Positions 20,426 to 30,422 of a DNA stretch of 64,000 bases are shown here, in pieces (the first letter of the stretch is position 1; every line of letters begins with the position of its first letter). The position numbers were made by a program, and so were the translations under genes. The notes under the pieces are model-generated. The model saw only the letters and a program-made list of their open reading frames with translations, made no database searches and was not told the DNA's origin. This DNA comes from a virus, in IMG/VR virus record IMGVR_UViG_3300009158_000048, positions 3,579-67,578 of that record; one strand, given 5' to 3'.

Positions 20426-22102
20426 ATGAAACCGTTAAATTTAGATAACTCCCCATGTAGTCCAACATCCAGTAACTGTGTTATTTGGCAAGGACCAGAC
20501 TTGGCTTGTATTAAATTGTGTAAAGGTGATACAGTATCTGATGTTATAGCAGCATTAGCTACTGAATTATGTACTATCTTAGATCAGCTTAATGTAAACA
20601 ACTATGATTTAAGTTGCTTTGCATCAACAGCATGTCCTCCAGCAGATTTCCAAGCATTGATTCAATTTTTAATTGATCAAATTTGTGAAGCTCAAGGAAT
20701 TACAGTTGACACAACAAGAACAACTTCAGCATGTCCTGATTGTGTAGTAACTGTTGCTGCTTGTTTTATTGTAGGTAATACAACTACTATGCAGTTAGTA
20801 GATTATGTAAATCTAATTGCAGAAAGAGTTTGTTCTATCATTGATCAAATAAGTTTAATAAATAATCAGATTTCAATTTTAGATAGTAGAGTAACTGTAT
20901 TAGAGAATACACCTCCGCCAACATTTACTCTTCCAAGTATTTCTACAGGATGTTTAGCGCCTTATATGGCTAGTTTAGCTTCTGCACCAATTGATCAAGT
21001 ACTAAGTACTTTATTAAACAATTCTACAATTGGATACTGTGCCTTAATTCAAGCAACGGGATTACCTGCTGCTATCCTATCAGCCGTAGCAAGTCAATGT
21101 ATTGCTTCAACTGACACATCATTAGCTTATTCACCAGATACTATGGGCACTGCTTATTTTGGTTCTTGGGTTAATTCTCCGGTAACTGCAGCAAATGCTA
21201 TTACTAATCTTTGGATTTCTATATGTGATATTAGAAAATATTTATTAGAGCAAAGTTTTTCTGTAGTTGATACTAACACAGTTAACTTAACATATACTGC
21301 AGGTGTATTAACTGCAGAAGTACAAGATACAGGATGGGTAAGACTAAATGGTTTTTCATATATTCCTGATACTAACATACAAGGTGTTCCAATGGTAAGA
21401 AGAATTGGAAATGTATTACATTTTAGAGGTACAATTATTGTTCCTTTACCTAATGGAGCAGCTCCTTTAACTTGGAATTATTCAGCAGGAGTTGATAGTT
21501 ATTTTACAGCTCTTGGTGTTGCACCATTTCAAGGAGTTGGTGGAGTTTTAGTAAATACTTTTGGTTCAATTACATTTAATAATAATGGGGCAGGTTCATG
21601 TGATTCTGTAATTCCATTAAGCGTTATTCCAGTAGGATGGGCAATTGATGGTTCATATACAAATCCAGCAGGATGGAAAGTTGCATTAAGAAGTGTTCCA
21701 ATAGATCCCGATAATAGTACAGTTTTAACAACTGTGGTTACTCAAAATATTGAAGCTAATGGAAATTTATCACTTCAACTATTAAGAGATCTTGAAGCTA
21801 CAAGTGTTCCAGGAAGAGGTAGTACCGCCTCATATGATACAGCACATTTAAATGTTGTTATATCACATGTTGGAGGGGGTGCGCAACCACCAAAATATAG
21901 TAATCCTGGAACTAGTCTATATGATTTTGCTGGTACAGGTACTCAACCAACATCAATATTTTATGAAACAGCTGCATATCAATTAAGTTGTAATGCTAAC
22001 AATCCTGATCAACTTGGTGGATTTTTTCAAAGTCTAGATGGTTTAACAGCTTTCATTTCACCTTGTTCTAATTTACTTCCTACTCCTGTACCTTGTGCAT
22101 AA
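20426..22102 (+). CDS. putative tail fibre protein
   Basis: Cys-rich N-terminus, short coiled coil (ISILDSRVTVLE), and DTGWV.L...VRRIGNVLHFRG, a motif typical of phage fibre C-terminal domains. Confidence 0.6.
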   Translation: MKPLNLDNSPCSPTSSNCVIWQGPDLACIKLCKGDTVSDVIAALATELCTILDQLNVNNYDLSCFASTACPPADFQALIQFLIDQICEAQGITVDTTRTTSACPDCVVTVAACFIVGNTTTMQLVDYVNLIAERVCSIIDQISLINNQISILDSRVTVLENTPPPTFTLPSISTGCLAPYMASLASAPIDQVLSTLLNNSTIGYCALIQATGLPAAILSAVASQCIASTDTSLAYSPDTMGTAYFGSWVNSPVTAANAITNLWISICDIRKYLLEQSFSVVDTNTVNLTYTAGVLTAEVQDTGWVRLNGFSYIPDTNIQGVPMVRRIGNVLHFRGTIIVPLPNGAAPLTWNYSAGVDSYFTALGVAPFQGVGGVLVNTFGSITFNNNGAGSCDSVIPLSVIPVGWAIDGSYTNPAGWKVALRSVPIDPDNSTVLTTVVTQNIEANGNLSLQLLRDLEATSVPGRGSTASYDTAHLNVVISHVGGGAQPPKYSNPGTSLYDFAGTGTQPTSIFYETAAYQLSCNANNPDQLGGFFQSLDGLTAFISPCSNLLPTPVPCA

Positions 22103-22113
22103 TACTATAAAAA

Positions 22114-22668
22114 ATGGCAACACTAAATACATGTAAAAAATGCGGATGTCAAGATGCTTTCTTGACAACGCCACCTCCATGTCCTACTCCAGCAGGATGT
22201 CCTGATCCAGAACCATGTTCTGAAGTATTTAATGCAGAGTGTATAGTTTATACTGGTGCAGATATTGAATGTGGTGATGATACAGTTGTTACTACTGATA
22301 CAAATGTAGCAGATGCATTAAATGATGTTGTAACTTATTTTTGTGATAATCAAACAAGACACTTAAGATTTGTAAAAGAATTTACTTCCAATCTTGATGC
22401 TGCACTTTTAACTATAACAAGAGCAGAACTTACTGCATGTGGAATTAATCCTTCATTATGTAGTGAAGATGGTTCTGAATTTTCAGATTTTATTATAAAT
22501 ATATGGTTTATAATACCCAGTTCAACTGCATGGAGACTTCTTCAACCATATAGTTTAGGTGGTTCTTGGGCAGCAGCAGTAGATGATGCTACAGGAGATA
22601 TAACACTTTTATTAAATCAAGCACCCGTTGATCCTCCTGCAAGAGTGAGGGTTGTAATCATATTTTAA
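22114..22668 (+). CDS. Cys-rich structural protein related to the N-terminus of the upstream fibre
   Basis: CIVYTGADIECG...VADAL resembles CVIWQGPDLAC...VSDVI of 20426..22102. Confidence 0.55.
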   Translation: MATLNTCKKCGCQDAFLTTPPPCPTPAGCPDPEPCSEVFNAECIVYTGADIECGDDTVVTTDTNVADALNDVVTYFCDNQTRHLRFVKEFTSNLDAALLTITRAELTACGINPSLCSEDGSEFSDFIINIWFIIPSSTAWRLLQPYSLGGSWAAAVDDATGDITLLLNQAPVDPPARVRVVIIF

Positions 22669-22671
22669 GAA

Positions 22672-22696
22672 GTTACAGTTTGTTGGTTTCTGTGAC
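22672..22696 (+). other. RNA hairpin with loop UUUGUUGGUUU (candidate antisense element)
   Basis: Stem GTTACAG/CTGTGAC (one G-U pair) with an 11-nt loop, directly before a terminator. Confidence 0.4.
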
Positions 22697-22702
22697 AACA
22701 AC

Positions 22703-22736
22703 GGCAAAGCCCTCGCACTTGCGGGGGTTTTGTTTT
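22703..22736 (+). terminator. rho-independent terminator
   Basis: GGCAAAGCCCTCGC-ACTT-GCGGGGGTTTTGTT stem-loop with a T-rich tail. Confidence 0.8.
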
Positions 22737-22746
22737 ATACCTATAT

Positions 22747-22777
22747 TTGTTAAAGTCATTTATTTTTAGTATATTAA
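22747..22777 (+). promoter_or_regulatory. candidate promoter TTG-N20-TATATTAA
   Basis: Lies immediately after the terminator and abuts the ATG at 22779, so the transcript may be leaderless or the start codon may be further downstream. Confidence 0.45.
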
Positions 22778-22778
22778 T

Positions 22779-23360
22779 ATGAAGGAATTTAACAATCCGA
22801 ATGTAAAGGCACCTAGGTTTAGACCAGATGTTTATAATGTAATGAACAAAAAGTTCTTTGAAAGTTTTAGAGAAAAATATCCAAAATACAAACACTTGGA
22901 TGATGCTCAGTTAAAGAAGATTGGAAAAACCTTTAACCAGATTATGTATCAAGCTGTTATAGATAATAGAGATGGAATACAACTTCCTGAACAAATTGGA
23001 TGGATTTTTATTGGAACATGTCAACAAAGTAAAAAACAAAATATTGATTTTGCAAAGTCAAAACAATATGGAATTAAAGTGAGCAATAATAATTGGGCAA
23101 CTGATGGTAAACTTGCAAAGATATTCTTTTCAAATTTTGCTCCTAAGCATAAAATAAGAAATAGAGAATACTGGATATTTATAGCATGTAGAGAATTTAA
23201 AAGAACTGTAGCTAAAACTTATCCAGAGAATTGGAATATGTATCTTACAATAGATGCAACAAGACAAGCAAAACTTGCATATGCAAAGCATGTGTATAAG
23301 GACATAAAAAATAAAGAAACTATTAAAGCTTTAGAGAACTATAATGAATTTGATTTATGA
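22779..23360 (+). CDS. basic protein, possible IHF/HU-like DNA-binding protein
   Basis: Helix followed by DGIQLPEQIGWIFIG; crAss-like phages carry IHF-like genes just upstream of the tail tubular and stabilisation genes. Confidence 0.4.
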   Translation: MKEFNNPNVKAPRFRPDVYNVMNKKFFESFREKYPKYKHLDDAQLKKIGKTFNQIMYQAVIDNRDGIQLPEQIGWIFIGTCQQSKKQNIDFAKSKQYGIKVSNNNWATDGKLAKIFFSNFAPKHKIRNREYWIFIACREFKRTVAKTYPENWNMYLTIDATRQAKLAYAKHVYKDIKNKETIKALENYNEFDL

Positions 23361-24019
23361 CAACAATTGGACAAGCAATTTCAAGAGTAAGAAATACATT
23401 AAAGGCCGTTAAGGAAGATCCTTTCTTAACTGACCGGACAATATATTTTGCATTACTCAAGTATGCTCAAACTCTTATAAAAAGAGAAGACAATCAGTTT
23501 AGACTGATGAAGATGAGTCAGATATTTAAAGTTCTACCTTATGTAGAACTAATTGATGTAGATAAAGTAGAAGCTCAATGTATTGGTGTATACTCTGAAT
23601 GTTACTTCAAAAGATCTAAAGATAAGTTGCCAAGTATATTAGATGGAATGTTTGGTCCTATTATACGTACTACATCTTCAATAGATGGTTCAATAGAAAT
23701 GTTTAGAACAGATCCCGGAACATGGATATCAATTACTAAATCAACTACATATAAATATAACAAAAGACCTTACTTCTGGTATCTTAATGGTTATATCTAT
23801 TGTCCAAATATTGATTGGGATGCCATAAGAATAGAAGCTATTTTTGATGGCCAACTAGATACTTGTGATACTGATCCATGTCTTATTAGACAAGATGATG
23901 CCTTTGTAATTCCAGAGTATTTATTTTCTGAAATGGAACAGTTTGTAGTAAAAGAATTAACCATGACTATGTCAGTTCCAAGTGATGGACCTGATGATAG
24001 TCAAAATGCTCTTAGATAA
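23357..24019 (+). CDS. putative tail ring protein
   Basis: 220 aa, YFWYLNGYIY motif; synteny with ring genes upstream of the muzzle gene. Confidence 0.5.
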   Translation: MTTIGQAISRVRNTLKAVKEDPFLTDRTIYFALLKYAQTLIKREDNQFRLMKMSQIFKVLPYVELIDVDKVEAQCIGVYSECYFKRSKDKLPSILDGMFGPIIRTTSSIDGSIEMFRTDPGTWISITKSTTYKYNKRPYFWYLNGYIYCPNIDWDAIRIEAIFDGQLDTCDTDPCLIRQDDAFVIPEYLFSEMEQFVVKELTMTMSVPSDGPDDSQNALR

Positions 24020-25059
24020 TGGATTTTAATTACACACTTAAGTATAGAACATTTGATCAGTTGTTTGAAGATGTTACTATTGACCTAAATACATTTGCTC
24101 TTGAAAACATGATAGAGCCTCAGCAACTTATTAAGTTAGCAAGAAAGCTGAATTATGAATTAGGTCTTAGAATAAATCAACAAAAAGAAATTGTTCTTGA
24201 TGTATGTCATGGGAAAGTTAAACTTCCTGATGATTTTTATGTGTGGAATTATGCAATGATATGTGATCAATATACAGATACTGTAGTTGGTTATGATGGA
24301 TTTGCTGGAGGAACTAATATGCAAGAAGTAAGATATCAAGAAGTTCCAGCAAATGTAGATCAGTGTGCATTACCTACTGTTAACTGTAGAACATGTAATT
24401 CTAATCCATGTAATCATACTGCCGCATGTGATCTTAATCATCCTATAGTAGATCCAATACCAACTGCTTATGACCCCTTAAATCCTACAGGTAATACATG
24501 TATTGCTCCAAGAGTATTTATGAATTGTAAAGGAGAAAAATGGGAACTTATTCAGGTAATCAATCCTTCAGTTACAAGAACATACAGATCTTTGCGTCCA
24601 TTACGTATGATAAGAAGTCAGGAAATTAATTGTGATTGTCCAAATTTGTATTTTAATACAAATGATCAAGGATGGTTAAAAGGAGGTTTCTTGTTTACTA
24701 CATTTGACACAGGTAAAGTATATATTAATTACATGGGAGAAATGGAAGATGATCAAGGACAGTTGATGGTTCCTGATCATGCTTTAATAAATGAGTATTA
24801 TGAATATGCTCTTAAAAAAAGAATCATAGAGAACCTTGCACTTAACGGAGAAGATGTAGCACAAAGATTACAGATACTACTTCCTGACTATAAAGCTGCA
24901 AGAAATCAAGCGCTTAGTTTAGTTAATACTCCAAACTTCAGAGAGATGGAAGAACTTTGGTGGACAAATAGACGCGCACAGTATTCAAAATATTATGATA
25001 TGTTTAAATCATATCAGAGAGGTAATTATACAAGAACTAGCAATAATAGAATTATCTAA
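24019..25059 (+). CDS. tail tubular / ring protein with Cys-rich insert
   Basis: VKLPDDF and GKVYINYMG...DDQGQLMVPD motifs as in crAss-like tail tubular proteins; translationally coupled (TAATG). Confidence 0.6.
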   Translation: MDFNYTLKYRTFDQLFEDVTIDLNTFALENMIEPQQLIKLARKLNYELGLRINQQKEIVLDVCHGKVKLPDDFYVWNYAMICDQYTDTVVGYDGFAGGTNMQEVRYQEVPANVDQCALPTVNCRTCNSNPCNHTAACDLNHPIVDPIPTAYDPLNPTGNTCIAPRVFMNCKGEKWELIQVINPSVTRTYRSLRPLRMIRSQEINCDCPNLYFNTNDQGWLKGGFLFTTFDTGKVYINYMGEMEDDQGQLMVPDHALINEYYEYALKKRIIENLALNGEDVAQRLQILLPDYKAARNQALSLVNTPNFREMEELWWTNRRAQYSKYYDMFKSYQRGNYTRTSNNRII

Positions 25060-28000
25060 TGGCTAAGAATAATATTCAAAATACTACAGAAAACCAAACA
25101 AAGTCATTTGTTAAAGGTCTGAACAAAGATTCAGATCCTTCATTTGTACAAGATGGAATGTGGACTCATGCCATTAACGCAATGAACAATACATCAGAAG
25201 GTGATGTAGCTACATTGTCAAATGAAAACTCAAATTTTCTTTGTGCTCTGACTGGAACAACTATGCCCATTACTGTTACAAATAAATATATAATAGGGGC
25301 TATTCAAGTTTTTTCAGACAAGTGGTTAATTTTTACTGCAGGACATAATGGATTAGGACAACCTGTTATGTCTGAGATAGGTTTATTTGAAGATGACTTA
25401 TGTAAATACCGTCCTATAGTACAAGATGCATGTTTAGGATTTGATAAAAGATATTTGATATCTGGATCTTCTAGGGAAAAAGAAGATTGTACATGGCAAG
25501 TTTACTGGGCGGATGGTCTGAATCCAGATAGATATTTAAATATTGGTGATCCAAAAACTTGGCCAACCCCAGACTTTACTTGGTTGGGAGGTGGTCCAAC
25601 TACTATTAACTTTTATGGTAATACTGTAGGTCAAACTTTACTTTGGCCAGGAGTAGCTTGGAATCAAGATCCAACTACAGTAAATAACTGTACTACTTAT
25701 ACTGAATTAAATTCATTAGACTGTCAGCACATTAGACTAGCAAGATTAATGTCTACTCCTTGTCTTAATTTAAAGTTAGGACAACAAGGTGGTACAATGG
25801 CTAACGGTACATATTTTGCAGTTATTGCTTATTGTATTAAAGGTCAAAAAGTAACTGATTGGTTTTCACCAAGTAATAACCAATTTGTATTTACCCCTAA
25901 TGATCTTGAGAGTTCATTACTTCTTGAAGTATCTGCTGACTTTGAAAACTTTGATGAGTTTGTTTTAGGATTAGTTCAAAATATAAATCAAGGAACTGTT
26001 GCAAAACAAATTGGTTTCTATTCTACAAAAACTTCTGTAATTGCAATTGATCAAGTAGATCCAAGTGTAGTAACTATTCCAATTGAACAACTACCTTTAC
26101 AAACACCAGTGTTTGAAAAGTCTGATCAAATGACTGATGTAAATAATTACTTACTACGTGTAGGCCCTACATCTAAGTTTGATTTTAATTATCAACCACT
26201 TGCTAATCTTATTGAAGCTAAGTGGGCTTCAGTTGAATATCCTGCTGATTATTATATACAGGGAGGTAACAATACTAATTACTTGCGTGATGAAGTATAC
26301 ACATTCTTTATCCGTTGGATCTATAATACTGGAGATAAGTCTGCTTCTTACCATATTCCTGGTAGAGCACCACAACCTTTTACTATTCCAACTACAGGAG
26401 CTTCAGTAGCAGAGACATCAACAGCTGTGTTACCAAATAATTTAGCTACTGATGATAAAGTGTTTGAAGTTTACAATACTGCTTATTCTACTGGTGGTGC
26501 ATATGTTGGTACAACTCTTCCTGATGGTGGTGTTGTATTGGATACAGGTAACATGGGATATTGGGAATCAACAGAAGTATATCCTGACAATAGACCAGAC
26601 ATCTGGAATTCAAGCACATATTGTTGGACAACTCCAGCAGGACAAAATCCACAGCATGATTTATGTGGTCAACCAATTAGACATCATAAGTTTCCAGAAA
26701 ACTTTTTAAATAATAGTGCTAGTACAACAACAGTGCACTTTAGAAATAATCCTAACCCAAGTACAGTTGGTAATGATTATTTTATTAGACTAATGGGTGT
26801 ATACTTTGAAAATATTATTCTTCCAAAAGATCAAGAAGGAAAAGATATCCCAGGTATTGTAGGTTATGAAATTCTACGTGGCTCCCGTGAAGGAAACAAG
26901 ACTATCATTGCAAAAGGAATGGTTAATAATTTTAGAACCTATACAATAAAAGGTTCAGTAGCAAAAGGCCGCACCGGACTCTATGGTAATTATCCATTTA
27001 ACACAATTAACCCTATAAGCCCTAACGCAGGAGATATGGTTGGTGTAGATGATCCATACATGCATGATATTAATCAGAGTATTCCACAGGATTTAATTTC
27101 TTTTCATTCACCGGATACAATGTTTAGAACTCCTTTCTTATCTACTACTGAGTTAAAACTCTATGGTAATTTGTCAGGATATACTTCACAGCAATTTATT
27201 GAACCTGATAAACATCCTAAGTTCAAATTACTTGCTGATGCTGCAATAATACCAATGTTTATAATTGGTCTTGCTGAAGCTATAGTATCTATGATAGGTA
27301 AAAGAACATTTACTATGCCTGAATATGCTCCAGCTTCTGGAGCAAGTGATGCAGCTGGTCTGGCATTGGCAGCATATTTAGGTGGTGCTGCAGTAGCTGC
27401 AGGTGCCGCTACAACCTATGAAGGTTTTTTAGCTACTTATTATAGTACAGGAGTGGGACCTATTACAGATGTAGGTTTAATGATTGCTGGTGGTTATCCA
27501 TTAACGTCAGTTGGTATAGCTGAAGAAGCTTTAATAACTTCAATGAATCTTACAACTATTCCTGGCGTAAATGCTCCAGCTGTAAGAACAGGTAATATTG
27601 TATTGCCTGACTTTGCTTATTTACCATTACCATTAAGATTACTTGGTGCTGCAAATCAAATATTATTTTATTTCTCAGAAGGAGCTGATGCAACTTTACA
27701 GTTAATATATGCATTACTTCCTTACCGTCAATTTGCATTACAGCAGATTGCTCATGGTTTTTACAGTGGGATGAATAGAAATACTGCAACAAATTTATAT
27801 AGATTTAAGATTGAAGAAAGTTTTTACATGCGGGATAATATCCAAGAAGTTTCTAGATATCAAACTAACACAGGTGTATGGAACTCATACAGTATAAACA
27901 ATCTTAAAAGACCTGACTCAGTTGTAGTACGTACTAAATCTGGACCTTATTATAATCCTGTATATCCTAACGGTGTAACAACAGGACCTAGCTTATTAAA

Positions 28001-30422
28001 TAGTGATAAATCATTAGTTACTTTAGGTTCAATAGTTCAAGCTGGAGCATGGGGTGGAAGTTCATATTTTGCACCAGGAACACGTCCTGATTTTGATAAT
28101 TTTGAAACTCCTTTTAGTTTACCAATTGGTAGCCACTATGCAGGACTTAAAGGAAGAGTTAGAAATCAGTATGGACAACTTAACGGAATTAAACAAATTA
28201 CAATTACTCCATGTGAGCAAAAGTTTAATCCAACTACTATACCTCCCTTAGGACCGTATTCATTACCCGGATGTGTAGGATCATTTAGTTATAAAAAAAT
28301 TGATGTCTCACCAATATTATTTAACGGTGATACATACATTAATAGATACACTGAAAAGAATACAATGTGTTTCTATTATGATTGGTTATATGGTCAACCT
28401 GATGGTATGGAGTATAATTACTATTTACATCAGATGATTCCTCAAACTAGATTTAATGTAAACAGCATTAAGTATGATGTTAGTGATTTAGCTGAAGCAT
28501 TAAACTTTTCTTCACCAACAATCCCAGGAACCGGAGCTCTCCCTACAAGATTTTACAACCTTGATTACTATAAGAGTTTTACAAGGAAGTATGACTATAT
28601 AACAGATCAACCAATAGGATTCCCAGATACATATCCAGGAGTGTTTGGAGTTAAGCAATCTAAGTTCTATATAGCAAATTCATCTATCAGAGATTTCTTT
28701 GTAGAATCAGATGTATTAGTAGACTTTAGAAAACAAGGAGATTATGATTGGGAAAAACACTATGATCCATATAGATATACAAATTATAACTTTATGTTTA
28801 ATGCAGACCCAAATATTTTGGGAAGAGGTAATGTTTTTATTTATGATTACTCTCTAAGTGTATCTAAACTATATAATCAATATTTCTCTGCAGGCAATGT
28901 ACAAAGTAAATACTATGACCCTAATGTGGCCAAACTTTGCTTTACATATTATCCTGATAGATTAATATATTCTTTACCACAACAGACAGAAGCTATTAAA
29001 GATAGTTGGTTTGTTTTCTTGGCTAACAACTATTCTCAGTTTAGATCAAAGATCTCTGGAGTTAAGTCAATAAACAAGTCAGGTCTATTTATTACATTCA
29101 AGAATGATAGCCCATTAATGTACCAAGGTGTAGATACTTTACAGACAGATTTAGGAACTAAGATTACAATTGGTGATGGTGGGTTATTTTCTCAACCAGG
29201 ACAATCTGTATCTAATGCTGATAAACCATATGAATATGGATCATCTCAGAATAGATTAAGTGTTATTTCTACACCAGCTGGTTTGTTTTATGCATCTCAA
29301 AATCAAGGTAAGATATTTTCTTATAGTGGTGGTTTAGATGAGATATCTCAAAATGGTATGAAGTGGTGGTTTATTTTATTTATGCCATACAAACTTACAG
29401 ATGATTTTCCTGATTACCCCTGGCAAGATAACCCAGTAGCGGGAATAGGTATCCAAGGTGTGTATGATAATAATAATGCTATTCTTTATTACTCTAAAAA
29501 AGACTATGCAGTAAAAGAACAGTTTAAAGGTCAATTAATTTATGTTCCTTTAGATGCTAAAAGAAAAGGAGACTATTTTACTCTACCATCTCAACCAGGT
29601 TCACAGTTCTTATTAGGAGATCCTATTGTTTTTGATAATGCATCATGGACAATGAGTTATGATCCTAAGAGTAAGTATTGGATTAGTTTCCATGATTGGC
29701 ATCCAGATCTTATGATACCTGCTAAGGATGTATTTTTGACTACAAAAGATACCGGAATCTGGAAACATAATTTAGTATGTGATAACTACTGTAACTTTTA
29801 TGGAAAAGATTATCCATTTGAAATAGAAGTACCTATCCCTACAGGACAAAGCGTAACAACTGTAAAATCAATTGAGTATATACTAGAATGTTATAGAAGA
29901 TCCGCATTTAATTGTGTTGATCAATTTCATGTTCTTGATTTTAACTTTGATCATTTAGTAATATACAACTCAGAACAAGTTTCAGGATACCTTAACTTAA
30001 ATTTATTCCCTAAGAATAATGTTACACTAAGTTTACAGTATCCAAAACTTAATGCAAACCTTGCATCTTTTGATATATTATTTTCTAAAGAAGAACAGAA
30101 ATATAGAATTAATCAATTCTGGGATATTACTAAAGACCGTGCGGAGTTTCCTGTTGGTTCAAATTATCCACCAACAGGTCCTGTAGTTCCTGGAACAACA
30201 ATTCTTCAAGGAAGCTATGATAGCAATTACACATGGTTAACGGGTCCTGATGGATACACACGAGTTCTTAATCCAGCTAACATGGATTATGATAAAGCTC
30301 AAATGCAAAGAAAAAAGTTTAGACATTATCTTAATCTTGTAACTTTAAGAAAAGATGTTTCAGGTGATGTCAATATGATCTATAAATTAATAAATACTAA
30401 AAATCAAATGTCCCTTAGATAA
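25059..30422 (+). CDS. tail stabilisation / muzzle protein
   Basis: N-terminal F.KGLNKD, YLRDEVYTFFIRW, IRHHKFP, WTMSYDP...WISFHDW; 1787 aa, beta-rich; follows the tubular gene. Confidence 0.7.
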   Translation: MAKNNIQNTTENQTKSFVKGLNKDSDPSFVQDGMWTHAINAMNNTSEGDVATLSNENSNFLCALTGTTMPITVTNKYIIGAIQVFSDKWLIFTAGHNGLGQPVMSEIGLFEDDLCKYRPIVQDACLGFDKRYLISGSSREKEDCTWQVYWADGLNPDRYLNIGDPKTWPTPDFTWLGGGPTTINFYGNTVGQTLLWPGVAWNQDPTTVNNCTTYTELNSLDCQHIRLARLMSTPCLNLKLGQQGGTMANGTYFAVIAYCIKGQKVTDWFSPSNNQFVFTPNDLESSLLLEVSADFENFDEFVLGLVQNINQGTVAKQIGFYSTKTSVIAIDQVDPSVVTIPIEQLPLQTPVFEKSDQMTDVNNYLLRVGPTSKFDFNYQPLANLIEAKWASVEYPADYYIQGGNNTNYLRDEVYTFFIRWIYNTGDKSASYHIPGRAPQPFTIPTTGASVAETSTAVLPNNLATDDKVFEVYNTAYSTGGAYVGTTLPDGGVVLDTGNMGYWESTEVYPDNRPDIWNSSTYCWTTPAGQNPQHDLCGQPIRHHKFPENFLNNSASTTTVHFRNNPNPSTVGNDYFIRLMGVYFENIILPKDQEGKDIPGIVGYEILRGSREGNKTIIAKGMVNNFRTYTIKGSVAKGRTGLYGNYPFNTINPISPNAGDMVGVDDPYMHDINQSIPQDLISFHSPDTMFRTPFLSTTELKLYGNLSGYTSQQFIEPDKHPKFKLLADAAIIPMFIIGLAEAIVSMIGKRTFTMPEYAPASGASDAAGLALAAYLGGAAVAAGAATTYEGFLATYYSTGVGPITDVGLMIAGGYPLTSVGIAEEALITSMNLTTIPGVNAPAVRTGNIVLPDFAYLPLPLRLLGAANQILFYFSEGADATLQLIYALLPYRQFALQQIAHGFYSGMNRNTATNLYRFKIEESFYMRDNIQEVSRYQTNTGVWNSYSINNLKRPDSVVVRTKSGPYYNPVYPNGVTTGPSLLNSDKSLVTLGSIVQAGAWGGSSYFAPGTRPDFDNFETPFSLPIGSHYAGLKGRVRNQYGQLNGIKQITITPCEQKFNPTTIPPLGPYSLPGCVGSFSYKKIDVSPILFNGDTYINRYTEKNTMCFYYDWLYGQPDGMEYNYYLHQMIPQTRFNVNSIKYDVSDLAEALNFSSPTIPGTGALPTRFYNLDYYKSFTRKYDYITDQPIGFPDTYPGVFGVKQSKFYIANSSIRDFFVESDVLVDFRKQGDYDWEKHYDPYRYTNYNFMFNADPNILGRGNVFIYDYSLSVSKLYNQYFSAGNVQSKYYDPNVAKLCFTYYPDRLIYSLPQQTEAIKDSWFVFLANNYSQFRSKISGVKSINKSGLFITFKNDSPLMYQGVDTLQTDLGTKITIGDGGLFSQPGQSVSNADKPYEYGSSQNRLSVISTPAGLFYASQNQGKIFSYSGGLDEISQNGMKWWFILFMPYKLTDDFPDYPWQDNPVAGIGIQGVYDNNNAILYYSKKDYAVKEQFKGQLIYVPLDAKRKGDYFTLPSQPGSQFLLGDPIVFDNASWTMSYDPKSKYWISFHDWHPDLMIPAKDVFLTTKDTGIWKHNLVCDNYCNFYGKDYPFEIEVPIPTGQSVTTVKSIEYILECYRRSAFNCVDQFHVLDFNFDHLVIYNSEQVSGYLNLNLFPKNNVTLSLQYPKLNANLASFDILFSKEEQKYRINQFWDITKDRAEFPVGSNYPPTGPVVPGTTILQGSYDSNYTWLTGPDGYTRVLNPANMDYDKAQMQRKKFRHYLNLVTLRKDVSGDVNMIYKLINTKNQMSLR

